From NCBI RefSeq assembly GCF_018350175.1, contig NC_058368.1:201378001-201442000 (forward strand): 64,000 nucleotides of DNA, given 5' to 3'. The position numbers were made by a program, and so were the translations under genes. How positions within the stretch are numbered: the stretch's first letter is position 1; each line of letters starts with the position of its first letter. This DNA comes from Felis catus. Lineage: Eukaryota. Under the pieces are notes generated by a model. The model did no database searches. It had not been told where the DNA came from and saw nothing but the letters and a program-made list of their open reading frames with translations. Below, piece after piece: positions 1 to 13,400 of the stretch.

Positions 1-49
1 ACCTGAGCTGAAGTCGGACTCATAACCGACTGAGACACCCAGGTGCTCC
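1..49 (-). mobile_element. CAN-SINE 5' end (cut by window edge)
   Basis: acctgagctgaagtcggac...tgagacacccaggtgctcc is the reverse complement of the CAN-SINE tRNA-like head. Confidence 0.85.
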
Positions 50-1224
50 TAGATACTATTTTTTAAGATTTTAATGTTTGCTTTTAAACTTTGGAGCATT
101 TCTTTAAAAAATTAATTTACAAGCATGAATCTTTTCTTATTGTAGAAATGAACTCTTTTAAGCCTTATTTTCGTTGGGAATTTTCAATGTAACCTATAAA
201 ATATAGAAATATACCTAATTATAGAGATATTTCGGCATTTTAAATATGTATCTGGCCTAAATGTTCATGCCATATTAAAACCAAAGTCAGAGCAACAATT
301 AATATAAGATATTATCACTCTGTAAAACCATTCTTTCACATTACAGAATTCTTATTTTTACCAAATATTAAAGATATTAATAACTTGGGGATTAGAAGCA
401 GCATCAAAAAGATGCTATTTCTGCAAATGTCTTCTGCAGTGTTTTAATCAGCCTTTTATGTTTTAATCAGTGTTTTATGCTTTTTAAAAAGCTGCTTAGA
501 ACACCACTGTACATGCTTTTTCTAAATCTGACTGCTGTTTTCAAGAGGCCTACTCAGTAGTCCAAAATTTAATAGCATCTTCTTATCTACCACAAAGGTT
601 AAACAGGGATAAAGTTGGCAATAGCTTGAAAGAAATAAGCAGTGCTGGGGAGTGAATACATTTAGGATTGGGTTGGCTTTAATGTCACAGATCAACTTAA
701 AAGCAAACTTTGCAATGTTGTTCTGAGGCAGCCTCCTTCAATACATTCTCCCCGAGCTGTGCAGTTCATCCAGGAGCAGGGGAAATGGCCTCATTTTTTA
801 TCCCTTTCTCTGCCACCCGTTCCACATAGAGAATCATTGTTGTGACGCACTGTGCGTACATAGAAAAGCACACGGTTCAAGGCACATAGAGAGATTGGTG
901 CGATATGTCACAGAGCTGAGCTAACTTTAATATCACCTACCACACATCTTCTATACACTTGTGGTCACTTGTGATTTCAGGCCTCACAAAAGCATGATGA
1001 TGTAACTTACCCATCCCTACTCAAAAGGGAGCATGTTTAGACACATAGGAACTGAGCAATGTATGTCCGTTCAGAAACAAGGAAGTAGCAGAGGCTTTTT
1101 TCGATCCAGATCTCCAGTTAACAAATCTACTGTTCTTTTCGGTTTTAGACTTTCCTCCTCTTTGGGGGACTGCTATCTTATCTCCCACATTTAGTTCCAC
1201 TCTATACGTGCTTTGAATTGACCA

Positions 1225-1382
1225 TTCCTGGGTTAAATTCTGCACCTGTTTCTCACTGGCTACTTGATCTTAGCCTCCTTTTCTTCATCCAAAAAGTAGG
1301 AATCATAAAAATGTGTAAATAAGTTAACACACCGAAAGTACCTATTGGAATACATGGACCACAGAAGATGCTCAACAAATAT
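1225..1382 (+). mobile_element. MIR fragment
   Basis: Degenerate MIR core and 3' end (cctgggttaaattc...cttcatccaaaaagtagg...gatgctcaacaaat). Confidence 0.55.
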
Positions 1383-2945
1383 GAATTCTCATATCAGTGC
1401 ACAGACTTTTAAATCCTTGATTTTAGCATCTTTGTGTTAATAGATAAAACTTTAGAAAGTTAATGTTGCAGGAATATTCAAGCTATCTGGATATGGTAAT
1501 GGATATAACCATATCCAAGAAGGTATCAACCAGATAAAAGTAATTTGGAGCCATGCCTTCATAAAATATTTCTGAAATTAAATGCTATTTATTAGTGAAT
1601 CCACCTTAAGATTATCTTGTAATGTGAATTATTTGGGTTATGGTTGGGTTTTACCCCAATTACATTGATAATGTAAGAACCATTGTCTTAATTTTCTTAT
1701 CTGTGTGTAATTAGGGGAGGCTGGAAGACTGATCATTTTTAACCTTTCAAGCCTCATTTAGGGAATTTTTAAGATCATATGTTAGGTATAGAAATGCTTT
1801 CATTTCTTTTGCCCACTTTCCAAGGAGGTTTGTTAGCTGATGATCAAGAAAAGTATATGACATACATCATGAATATTTGAGACTCTAGTGCCTGGGTCTC
1901 TTTCCTATTTGTATTAGCAATTCTGGTTTCCTTCCCTTAATAAAGTTATCATCAATTTATTATAATAATTAATGAAGATGACCTAGGGAAAAAAATGTTT
2001 CCCTTAAGTAGATGCTTTTTAAATACTGATAAATAATTTTGCTATCTAAAATTTTCATAGCAAATTTATCACGTGAAAAAATGTACCATAAATTATAGAT
2101 GCCCATCATTAGTAATGTATAGACTATCCAGTGTCAGACATATTAAATAGTACCTTAAAATAGCCCTAGTTGCTGTGGTTGTAATCGTGTGTTCACTGTT
2201 TGCAGGCATATTAAATATCTCTGTTTCAGTTCAATAATATCTTACTCTGAGGATTCTTTTTTTATACAATTTGGAGGCAGCTTGTAATCACTATCACCCT
2301 TCAACAGCATTACAAGGATAAGAGGCTGTTGGTTTTGGTCAAGCGAGGCTGGGTTTCAATGGGTTAACTGGGATCATTGCTTCAGAGACTGTTCATAGCC
2401 TCAGACTTCACAGCCCTAGCAGAGGCTGGCTCTGTAATAAGTCTCACATTACATGCGGATTAGATTTGTAGAAATCCTGTAACTCAATAGGTACCTGCCT
2501 ATTCTCTCCTGGCGTCAGCCTGCCTGCACTGCTTCGCTCTGTAGACATACCTGGCATTCCACCCGTGCCTCTCACTTACTAAGTGAACTGGAGTCTGCCT
2601 ACCAAAACATTGGGGTATTGTTGTGAAGGAGAAAACTCCCTGACAGACAAGCAAAGTGTGAAGTTGGGCTTGCAATGCCTTGTTACCTTCCTCCAGAGTG
2701 CACATGCTCCTCTTTCTAACTTCCTTATATCCTGCAGCGAGGCTGGCGTCCAGCGATTTCCAGGTATTTGTACGTAGAATGCAGTCGCACTCCAAAAGTA
2801 GGATGGCCACTGGCTGCTTGTCGTCCTCTTTGCTGTCCTTCTCCCATCCTCACCTTCCTGACCACCAGGCTCACCGACCCTGGTCCTCCTGGCTTCCCCT
2901 CCCGACAGTGTGCTTTAACAAACATGTTTACACTCAGAGGCATGA

Positions 2946-2978
2946 AAACAAAACCAACAACAACAACAACAACAAACA
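2946..2978 (+). repeat. (AAC)n microsatellite
   Basis: caacaacaacaacaacaac run seen directly. Confidence 0.85.
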
Positions 2979-4134
2979 GGCTTTTGGCACCAAAACTTAG
3001 AACAGTCGGTGCATGGATTTCTGGGAGCTGTGCCAATGCCATAAGCATTGCTATTTTAACACATATCTCTAGTTCTCAGCACAAATCGTTCATTAAATAA
3101 TTAACATGTTACCTTGTTAAGAATCTTTAAAATTAAGGTAAGGTTTTCATACAGGAAGCACATCAGATTGTTTAGCATCTTTTTCTAATTAAGCATTAAT
3201 CCCTCCCAGGAAGAATGAGTCACTCAAGCAAGTGAACTTTCAAAGATAAGGGATTTCTCTTTTGTAAACTGCAATTAACAGCTTTTAACAGCCAGCGTTG
3301 CTTGGGTTTTCCCAGCAGTCCAAAATGATTCTGATGATTTTTTTCTTCGTGCTAATTATTCAACTAACCAAACTGACGAAGAGGCTATGTTTATGACAAA
3401 TGGGGAGATGAACAGAGTAGTAAGAAACCTGACCCAACCCAAAGGGAACCAAAACCTTGAATCACATTGCAATCCCATACAGCATCCTTCTTACAAGAGA
3501 CTTTTCCAGTGTGTCAAATAGCAGCACCCTCTTTGGGGACACAAAGTGGCATTCTGTGTGACAGCTTGGATGCAGTCCATTTGCCTTTCCCAGGGGCAAA
3601 ACTTATCAAACTGTGGCCGCCAAACTGTGACATGTGCCCTAGTTATAAGCACGCTTTTTTAAATACAAAAATTCATTTTACAGTTGTATTTAGAAAAAGC
3701 TCCGAAGAGATCCCCAAGTCCTACAACTTCGTACCATTTAAATACTTGTTTCTAATTTTTAGTAACAAAAGCAAAGATTAAATCTTCACCCTTACATGTA
3801 AATACATGAATTGAGGATTTATAGTCTCGGTGATGTCGCTGGTAATTCTAGAATGGTAGACAGCCATGTTTTGAGTGGCTTTGTACACTTTATTTTTTGT
3901 TTTTTATGTATTATTATTATTATGGGGAAAAACCATAAGCTGTTTCTTTCCTAAAAGCTCTCAGGCTTCACTATTTTCAAAAAAAGATATGTGAAAAACA
4001 AAGGGGGTGGTACAGGTTTTCTGCCCTTCAAAAAGAGGAAGCAACACTGATTTTTCATGCCTATTGAAGATTTTGTTATTAGAGTCTGTCTCGGTTCTCT
4101 AAAGGAGCAATTTCACCTGTGAACCAGCTTTATA

Positions 4135-4298
4135 GGGTTTTAGACCACGATGGGATCTCAAAAGTAATCCACTCCCACCACCTCAACTTTATAGAAAATT
4201 AAGTTAAAACGAGGGAGGCGAAGTGACTTATCCTAGGTCACACGCTAATTCACGGTGAAGCCAGAAATAGAACCAGGTCCTTTAACACCCAATCCAGG
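4135..4298 (-). mobile_element. MIR fragment
   Basis: gaagtgacttatcctaggtcacacgctaatt...gaagccagaaatagaaccaggtc matches the antisense MIR core. Confidence 0.65.
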
Positions 4299-4966
4299 AA
4301 GTTCTCCTCGTTGACATACCTCAGTGTCTGCCTTCCAGCTGTGGGAAGCCAACACTTCCTGAGCTAATTCTGAAGAATAATTCTCAGCAGTATTCCACCT
4401 GCTGATATCTCATTACAGAACCGCAGGTGCAAATCAAGGAGGAAGAGGGAACACTGACTTGCAGCAGGTCCTTTTGAAAATGACCATCAAACAGATAGAC
4501 TGAAAATAAACTGATAAATCAGCGAACTCTATCCTAAAGAGAGGAGCATGGGTGGATTCCAGGTTGCCTTTGTCACTAGTGAGGGGAGTGGAAGTCTCGT
4601 TTCTATTTAATCCTCATGACCACAGAAGCTCATCAAATGCTCTCAGCACACTTTGAAAGTAGAAAACTTTCTTGCTTGTTTTGAAAATTAACCTATACAT
4701 TGAAGACCAACCTTCGTTCCCAATAACTTTATAACTTACTACAGGGATAGGATAAACATAAAAAATCACGAAAAAGCCAATTTACCCCAGAAATACAAAT
4801 GAATGTTGGAATTAATTTAATGATATTTAGTATTATTTATGTAAAGCTGATGGTTTACAATTTGTTATACGTGTCATATTAATTGAGCTTTGGGTTTTTT
4901 CTTCATTTAAATTGTTGTTTAAAAGTCACACTGGGAAACTATAAATTTCAACACACGTGCACAAGC

Positions 4967-5075
4967 ACACACACACACACACACACACGTATGCATTCAC
5001 TCACCTACATTTATGTAGAAATACCAAAACCCTTGCTATAGTAAAAACAAACAAACAAACAAACAAACAAAAAAA
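4967..5075. repeat. (CA)n and (AAAC)n microsatellites
   Basis: Seen directly at ~4967-4988 and ~5044-5074. Confidence 0.85.
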
Positions 5076-5085
5076 CCGTATTGGC

Positions 5086-5385
5086 TATTCCCATTTATTC
5101 AGCCAGTATATATTAAGAGTCTATTCTTGTGATAGCTGCTATGCAGGGAATCCAAAAAGTATGTAATACGGCCATCTTCCTCTGGAAACTTATGATCTCT
5201 CTTGGGGAGATGGAAAACATAATAAAAGAGCTAGTGACATTGTAAAGACGATGTTTCATAAAATGCCAAAATGAGGACTTCAAAGGATGTTACATGAGAC
5301 ATTTAGAGAAGGAAAGGCAGAGTTGCTTTAATTAGAGAAATGCTTACTAAGAAATTGAGAATTAAGTTGGGCCCTGAAGACTATG
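5086..5385 (-). mobile_element. L2 3' fragment
   Basis: Antisense L2 3' end pattern (catttattcagccagtatatattaagagtcta ... cttcctctggaaacttatgatc ... ttaagttgggccctgaag). Confidence 0.55.
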
Positions 5386-5714
5386 TCAGATAGATCTAGT
5401 TTTACTTTTCTGTTCAGAAGTTTGAGGATAGCATAAATATTGAAGAAATTAAAGACAAATCTCTGTAAATTCACACCCAGTTATATACACATAGTAGTGT
5501 AGATAGACAGTAGTTAGGTGTGTTAACTCTTTTATCAGTAATCCATAAATTTCCTACTTCTTCAAATTCTTCCAAGTGCAATTTAAGTCCCAATTTCTTC
5601 AGAAATTACATTCAGAACTACTTCAGTTAATAGTGTTTGTTTCCTTTCCTGAACACTTCTAGTACTAAATGCATAAACTAGTTTTTACACAGGGATATAT
5701 CAGAAATATTCTGA

Positions 5715-5832
5715 CAAGTAAATGCATCAGGATCTTGAGTAGGCTTTTCGTAAGGATCTCATAAAATCTTTGGAGACAAGATGGAGAAATGTGAAGAGGA
5801 CAGTGGTACAGATGATGGATCCATAAGTGGAA
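5715..5832 (+). mobile_element. L3/CR1 RT fragment
   Basis: ctcataaaatctttggagacaagatggagaaatgtg...gtacagatgatggatccataagtgg resembles the L3 segment encoding SHDILVDKMEKCGLD...VRWIHNW. Confidence 0.6.
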
Positions 5833-7169
5833 GGACCTATGGCATGAATATTAACAGCAATATTACTGAATTGCTTGTTTAGTTTAAATATACATCAATT
5901 ATTTAACTTATTCCATACAGGGTTTTAAATAAAACCTAATCTCAACATATGCTTCATCAAAGGGAATCTTTATATGTTCAAAGGGGTTTATCATCAATAC
6001 TTTAAGTTTCTGAAATTTTTACAGGCATTTATGCCAACCATTTGTCCACTCCACAAATCAAACATAAATTTCCAAGTGAGTGTGCTGCCATCAGTTTCCA
6101 TCTTTGAAGGCTGTACGTCTACTTTAACACTCACTATTAACATTATTCAAAATATTTAACATTATCTTTTGGATTGGACTTCAGAGTAGTTTCTTCACCC
6201 ACTGAAATGGGATCTTTATTCTTCCTGAGTAGATTCAATGTTTTGGAAAATAGCCAAAGGTTTGACAAAGGTCAGCTAAAATAGAGAGGGGGCCTTTTTG
6301 GAACAGAATTTAATTTTTGGTGTTCTATGAAAGTAGCTCAAATGAGAGCAATGTTTTGAGTGACGGCAACATAATTTTACCAGCTTCACAAGGTGACTGC
6401 TTTAGAGGCGGTATTGAAGTTAAGAGCTTTCACATCAAAGCCGACCATACCATAGACGTGTAAAGTTGTGAAATGTCTATTGCTCAATCATTTCACCTTA
6501 TATTTGTTATCCAACCTATCTACTTTTATGTGTGATAATCAAACTGTTGATATACTTTAACAGACCACTTAAAATTTAAAACATTTCACCAGGGTTTAAT
6601 CTGTGTGGCAAGCCTGTTATTAGAAAATGATATTAGCCTAACAAGTCATGGTTAACAAAGTGCCAAGCAATTCTTCCTTTGAAATATTAATCAAGATAAA
6701 TTACAAGTGTTAGCAAAGAGTCCTCCATGATTCCAAGGTTCGGAGAGGGAGAAAAGATGATACATTAAACACACACAACTGAATGAAATTTTTCCTGTAA
6801 GAAAATGATAATCTCACACAGATACAACAACTGCTCTGGGCTCTGACCAGCGTTATATGAAAACAGGTTGTAGGTGCATGTTTTAGAAAAAAAGGCAAAG
6901 GTGTTATATGCTCAGTCAGCCACTAATATTTACTTCATGTGCGAATGGCTCACACCCTTTACTATTCATCCCGGGTAAGACTGAAAGGGACTAATGATAA
7001 TGTTTTTTTTTTTTTTTAATCTGTGGACTAAAACATAATTCTATAGTTCACCTGGCATATGAAATGAACTTCATTTCAGAAATTGAAGATTATTGTAGGT
7101 TTAATTTCTGAAAGGACTTTGCTTTGGGTTTTCTCCCCCAGTGATCTCTTAGTCAATTTTTTTTAATTT

Positions 7170-7362
7170 GAAAATTTATTATATCTTTCATCATGACAAC
7201 AATATCACATTATAGAAAATTCAGAAAAAGCATTCATAATTCTACCACCCTAAAGTGATACTGTTACAATATTGGTATTTTACATGTCTGGTTTCCATTC
7301 ACATCAATATGTCATTTAAATTTTAATCACAGTACGAATACTGTGCTTGTTTTCATTCACCT
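7170..7362 (-). mobile_element. old L1 (L1ME-like) 3' UTR fragment
   Basis: cattatagaaaattcagaaaa...cataattctaccaccctaaagtgatactgttacaatattgg, typical antisense L1ME 3' end. Confidence 0.5.
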
Positions 7363-7549
7363 TGATAAAAACTATATTGTTTTCCAAACCAATAAATGGA
7401 ATGCCTTTTAAGGTTTCTATTACATATGTACAACATTTAAAATTATCTCTACGGAACCTGTAGGACTAGCAAATCCCATGTGCACCAAGCAAAAGATGGG
7501 TAGACTAGTGAACATGTAGCCTCACAGTATGTAGTAAGGGATTCATTTA

Positions 7550-7745
7550 CAGAGAAAGAATTCTGGACTGTGTGGCCTGAGATTGAATCCTGGCTTGGCC
7601 ACTGTGTGTTTAAACTCTTTAACCCAACATGTCCTCCTTTGTAACTGAGGAAATACCATTTAATAGAGTTGTTTTGTGGGTTAAATAAAGTAATTAATAT
7701 TAAAGCATTTAGTACAATGTCTCAAATAGAATAAACTTTCAATCA
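7550..7745 (+). mobile_element. MIR
   Basis: gcctgagattgaatcctggcttggccact...atagagttgttttgtgggttaaat...aaagcatttagtacaatgtct. Confidence 0.65.
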
Positions 7746-8872
7746 GTATGAAAAGACTAGCAGTCAGGTCCTCCACTCTCCATCTCAATGCTCTTCCCTA
7801 TGTATCATGCTGGGAACCTGGGAGTCAACACCATGATGAATACATGCCTTAATCTCCATAGCTTCTATACATCATTTTCTGGGCTGTTGGATTATCACAG
7901 TCAATATTTCACGATGACTTTACAACTCATATTCTCTCAGAAATCCTTCAGCAGCTTTTTCTGTGCAGGGTTGCATTTTTCCCCCAATGCCAAACATGAT
8001 TGACAAAGAAATGGAAGAGAACTACCCAATGAAATCTCAACACAAAGTGTTCACATTTGAAATGCTAAGATCCCCCAAATGCTGAGCCCCATCATTGACA
8101 CACATCCAAGTAGATTCAAAATACATAATTTACTTCTTACCTTTTAAGAAGACCAAGTTGACATCCATACATCTTCCAGTTCTCCCACCTTGCATCACAC
8201 ACACATAGTTGTAAATGCCGGCATAAAATAAACACCATAGGCTTAGCATTTCTAAGGTGAGATGGGCTTTTTGATGCACTTCATTATTTCAGTTTGCCTG
8301 TATGTGAAATAGAGGATTGAATTTGTAAAGTGGAGTGAGATTATGATGCATTAATCTTATTCCAAATGTTAATTTATGGGTTTCATAAGATCTACTTTGC
8401 TTTAGAGCTCAGAAAATGCTTTCTCTCAGTAGCTCAATGGCTCAATTTCCATGGCAGTGCCACTCCAAGAAAATTGACTAGTTATCAGAATGAGAATTTT
8501 TGTTCTATGGTGTCTGAGTATCTAGTAATAAATTTCATCCTGCCCCATTTGGCACACTATAATTTAAACACCCACATGCACACACACAATTGCAATTGTG
8601 AAAAAAAAAACACAAAAATCTCAATATTAGCATCCCAAATCTTTCTTGCATAAGGAATATATTTTTGTTATCAGCCTAGGACTTCGTATATATGCTACAA
8701 ATGTAAATGTGAAAATAAATTCCAGCACATTTATCCAATTAATATCTTCTCAGGACAAACTGTGATAAAAGGTGCACTGGACTGGAAATCTAACGTTCAG
8801 AGCATGAGCTAGCCCCTACTACCACTCCATTGTGCAATTAGAGCTGACTTGCAAAATCATTTGACCCACAGT

Positions 8873-9214
8873 TAGGGTTATCAACTCATCTTGGTTTGAC
8901 TGGACTATCCTAATTTTAATTTTTTTTTAACATTTATCATTGAGAGACAGAGAAACACAGAGCACGAGCAGGGGAGGGGCCGAGAGATGGAGAGACACAG
9001 AATCTGAAACAGGCTCCAGGCTCCGAGCTGTCAGCACAGAGCCAGACGCCGGGCTCGAACTCACAAACCGCGAGATCATGACCTGAGTCGAAGTCGGGTT
9101 CTCAACCAACTGAGCCACCCAGGGGCCCCAGGACTGTCCTAATTTTAAAACTGAAAGTCCTGCCTGTGAGGAAACCTTGCAGTCCTGGGTGATATGGGGC
9201 AGTTAGTCACTGTA
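8873..9214. mobile_element. MER81-like hAT-Blackjack MITE, interrupted by a SINE
   Basis: tagggttatcaactcatcttggtttgactggact[SINE]...aaaactgaaagtcctg...gaaacc...cagtcctggg...cagttagtcactgta follows the remembered MER81 consensus with degenerate TAGGGTGACC TIRs. Confidence 0.65.
8920..9129 (-). mobile_element. CAN-SINE (SINEC_Fc2-like), full length
   Basis: Full antisense SINE. TSD ggact(a/g)tcctaattttaa at 8902-8919 and 9131-9148. Confidence 0.95.
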
Positions 9215-10284
9215 TAAAGGAAGGGAACATTGAGAGTTCTGTGCTTTGGCTTGGGAGGGGAGAGGAAGAGGAATGACTTAAATAGTAATGGACTGAAATT
9301 CTGGAAATATGCACATCATTTTGGACCTCCGGAAGATTCTTGAGCTACCTCAAAGAGGAAGGACTGCTTGCAAATGTTGCTGAACTGAAGGCCATGTGAC
9401 ATCTACAAACCTGGGACTGAACTTTCCCGACTCTAGTCCACTTAGCACCATTCCAGAGATGTTACCTTGCTGAAAGATACATATCTGCCAGCTTGGACCT
9501 CTCTGTGTTCAGGATTACATGGTTATACACTTTCTGGGCCTCACCTGATTCTTTTGCCTCTTGTTTTTCCTAAACCTGACCATTTGGTCCATTTTTGTCT
9601 TTGGTCTTCTCCCTATTGCTCTTCATGAAGGTGGCCTACAGTGAACTTCTCCTACTTGCATTCCAACTGACCCGACTACCGTTCAACTTAGTTTTCCATA
9701 CTTGAACGTTGTTTCCAATATCTGCCTTCTGGGTAAAGCCTATCTCATGGTTCCTAATTGCTATATCTTACATTTGCTTTTAGGATTACTATGTAGAGGA
9801 TGGAGCCTCTGGCCTCCCTCATATTTTTAAAAAGCAAACACATTATTGAAAAGGGGGTCAGGCAATCATTTTGCTTTTTGCAGCATTTTTTCTTCAGAGG
9901 TTAAATTACCTTAAATGGCTCCAATAATACGTCTTCATTAGCTTTTGTTTTCCCAATGCAGAAAACTTCTTCCTCATATCATGCAAAATGTCGATGCTTT
10001 GGTTGTTTGAGTTATTCTTTGTGGCCCTGACAAACCTGTACATTTATAAGGTAGGAAGACAGGAAGAGTAATCTTTTTAAATTTGAAATCATTTCTTAGA
10101 CCACTTTCATTTTACAAATATTTTTGTGCCTATTATGTGCTAGACTCTGAAGAGTGAAAAAAACCTCTGAGAAAATTGGAGGAAACAAGGTGAGCCGTAG
10201 CCATTCCAAGATCATAGTATAAACCCTGTCACATAGTAAGTATCAAAGTACATGACCGCAGATATGTGAGATAGCTACTTCAAA

Positions 10285-10478
10285 AATATTATGTTGTTTT
10301 TGCAATTTTTGTGTTTTTCTGCTTTTTATACTTTGTAGCTTGTGATTTCTTTCACACTCTAATTACGTGTTCACTCTTGTACCTAATTTGAAGTAGTACA
10401 TTATTTCTCTCTCTTTTTCAGTAGTGTCCTCCAAATCATATATGCTTCAGGCACCATAATACTTAAATCCACCTGTGC
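10285..10478 (-). mobile_element. ancient hAT-type DNA transposon end (MamRep38-like)
   Basis: ttgtgatttctttc...ttcactcttgtacctaattt...gcttcaggcaccataatacttaaatccacctgtg resembles the reverse complement of the MamRep38 5' end. Confidence 0.5.
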
Positions 10479-12274
10479 TCATTTAGAAAAAAAATCAGAG
10501 GTACTACTTAGTTCTAAGCTCAAGAGTTTCTGTCGTAAAAAAAAAATGTATTCGGATGTCCTCTGGTTTCTGCAGCAGAAACTGCTAGCTATACAAAGAA
10601 TCTGATTTCTAGGAAATTAAAAAGATATTTGGACATCAGCAATTATAAGGATTCATCATACTTTCATGGCATATGAAATAGATATTTGTGTGGATTGAAA
10701 AGAAAATCCTTGTTAGCTTCTCAAGTATTTCTGACTAACTGTTGGTATGGCTATTACTTGGGAGTGAGCTTTCTTGTGGTCATGAAATATTTTTATAGTT
10801 TCACCCATTCTTCTAGTAGTGGTTTAAAGAGATTGGTGAAACCAAATGGCAAAGAAGATAAAAGAGAGGGGTTTTAGCTGGTTCCCAATACTACAAGTTT
10901 ATTAAGTTATAAACCATGTGCCCTATGCATACTTCCTGTAATCTCTTACTTAACGCTTTGTGACAGGTTTAATATAGCAAAATTAGACATGCTCCCACAG
11001 TTCTTCTGACAGCTACCTGGTTTCCATGCACTAAAACCACTGGCTTCTTGCCCAACACAAACAAATACACTTGAAAAGAAGGCCAAGGAACACATCAAGT
11101 GAAATCAGGGAGCATGAAAATAAGAAGTAGATTTCAGCATGTAAACACTACATGCTTCTGAAAAATCTTTAGACATTACTCAGCACTGGCTCAGAAGGAG
11201 GGGAGGATGACTGTGTACTTGTTACAGGTATTTAAATACTGCTCAATATAAGGTAAATCATTCAAAATAGTCTCAAATTTAAAATACATTCCATCACTTT
11301 TTTCCCACTTCATATCCAGTTAGAGTCCTCAGAGTAAATTCAGATGAAATAGTTTCGTAATAAATCTATTGCTTTCTATATATGTAGACTTAGGTGCATT
11401 TAGAAGAAATATGTGAAGTAATTTTCTTTTACTTACATCAAAATAGTTTCATTTTGTAGGTTAAACCAGATAATTCATGGGGCATAATAACTCAAGAAGA
11501 CAACGAGTAGATTTAAAACCATTGTTTAGTTTTTGCTTTCACAATCTTAGTGGTGATCATATCTATAAAATATTGATAATGGCAAGTATTTACATAGAAT
11601 CACGCCTTAGACTCTGGTAGAGAAAAGTGCATGTAGAATAAAGAATATTAGAAAAAAATCCAAATTTTTGACAATTTATTATTTGCATTACTGTTCAAAA
11701 ATCCTGGTGCCCTATCTTATCATACAAGGCAATGGAGCGAAGGGGAAAATGGAATGATAATCCTATAGAATCCAATGTTCAGAGGTTACAATTCCTGTTA
11801 GCACTCTTTCTTCTTTTTGTCCACTCATGTAAGTCCTTATGTTTCAGATTTATTTACTCCATATTATACTGAGTCCAATTCTAAATTCATACTATGTGTC
11901 TTTTCTATATTTTCAAAATTAGCTTTGAGTAGTATTTTTGTTGTCATTCTTGGTGTTACTTTGCCCTTCAATAAACCAATTTTGAGCCATTCATCTTAGT
12001 GACTTTAGGGAAAATACAGTGCATAATAAAGAAAATTCATAATATAGAATATAACATAGAAAACACAATTCATAATAAAGACAAAAGTAGCAAATTTAAT
12101 AAAATTTATACAACCATAAGCAACATAAAAATATTTCATGATTGTTTTACTGATTATTATCCATTTACTTACATGTTAACCAAAGTGAAAGTATCTATAC
12201 AGTTTTGAGGCAGAAACACAATATTTGGAAACAATAATTATTAAGAATGTATCAGGAATTGAAGGGAAATCGTA

Positions 12275-12592
12275 ATAAAAATATATCACACGTATTAGAT
12301 TAGCAATTTAAAAGTCTGACAAAAGCAAATGTTGCTGAGATTATGGAAAAAATGTAAAACATTATACAGTTGGGGGAATGTAAATTGGTACAATTTCTAT
12401 GGAAAATAAATCAGTCTCTAGAAAAGCAATAATGTGCGTGATATTTTTATTTAGCAACTCTGCTGTACTTATACTTACTCTAAATTATTATTTATGGGCA
12501 CAAGAGGACATGTTTCAAGGCGTTTATTGGCATTGATTGTCATTGTGGAAAAAAATAGTGGACATAACCCATTCATTGAGAGAGGATGAAGT
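12275..12592 (+). mobile_element. old L1 ORF2 C-terminal fragment
   Basis: aaaagtctgacaaaagcaaatgttg...ggggaatgtaaattggtacaatttctatggaaaa is the decayed Cys-rich end of L1 ORF2. Confidence 0.65.
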
Positions 12593-12667
12593 GACCCAAG
12601 CTCAATGAAGAAAAAAAAAAGTAGAACAACTTATAATCCATATATTTGAAGTTATCAGATATGGATT

Positions 12668-12880
12668 TATTATTTTTTTAAGTTTATTATTTTGAGAGAG
12701 ACAGAGACAGTATAAGTGGGGGAGGGGCAGAGAGAGAGTGGGGGAGAGAGAATTCCAAGCAGATGCCCTACTGCCCGTACAGAGCTTAATGCAGAGCTCA
12801 AACCCATGAAGCCGTGAGATCATGACCTGAACTGAAACCAAGAGTTAAACATTCAACAGACTGAACCATCCAGGAGCCCC
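12668..12880 (-). mobile_element. CAN-SINE inserted in old L1
   Basis: Perfect 15-bp TSD tatcagatatggatt at 12653-12667 and 12881-12895. Confidence 0.95.
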
Positions 12881-13350
12881 TATCAGATATGGATTCAAAA
12901 TAGCTATGATTAACATGCTCAAGAGAACAAATGCCAAAATATAAAGTCTTAAGAAAGCAAAAAAAGAAATTGTAAATATTTGAAAAAACAATACCTAATA
13001 TTAAGAACTAAATAAATGGGTCTAACAGCGTATTAGAGAGGAAGAGAGGCTTAGTAAACAGAAAGAGAAGTCAGATGAAATCACGAAGGATGAGGCTAGA
13101 GTGAAAAAATGATGAGAATGTACAAAAGAACATAAAAGATAAGTGAGACCAGATGAAAAATTATAATGTACATACAGTTGGAGTCTCAGAATGAGGGGAA
13201 GAAAGGGAGAGAATGAGGCAGAACTCTCCAGGACTGATGAAATCATGAAGTCCAATGTTTAAGAAGCTCTCCAGGAAATACAAAACTGGAACTACAGTTA
13301 CATGCATATAGCAATCTGCTGGACATCAATATCTAAGAGAAAACTTAAAG

Positions 13351-13363
13351 ACAGAGACAGACA

Positions 13364-13398
<35 letters not shown>
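13351..13398. repeat. (GACA)n(CA)n microsatellite
   Basis: Seen directly. Confidence 0.9.

Positions 13399-13400
<2 letters not shown>

Noticed and set aside
1488..1517. 10-bp stem hairpin tggatatggt/accatatcca as a miRNA or terminator
   Set aside because: Too short for a pre-miRNA and plausible by chance or local template switching.
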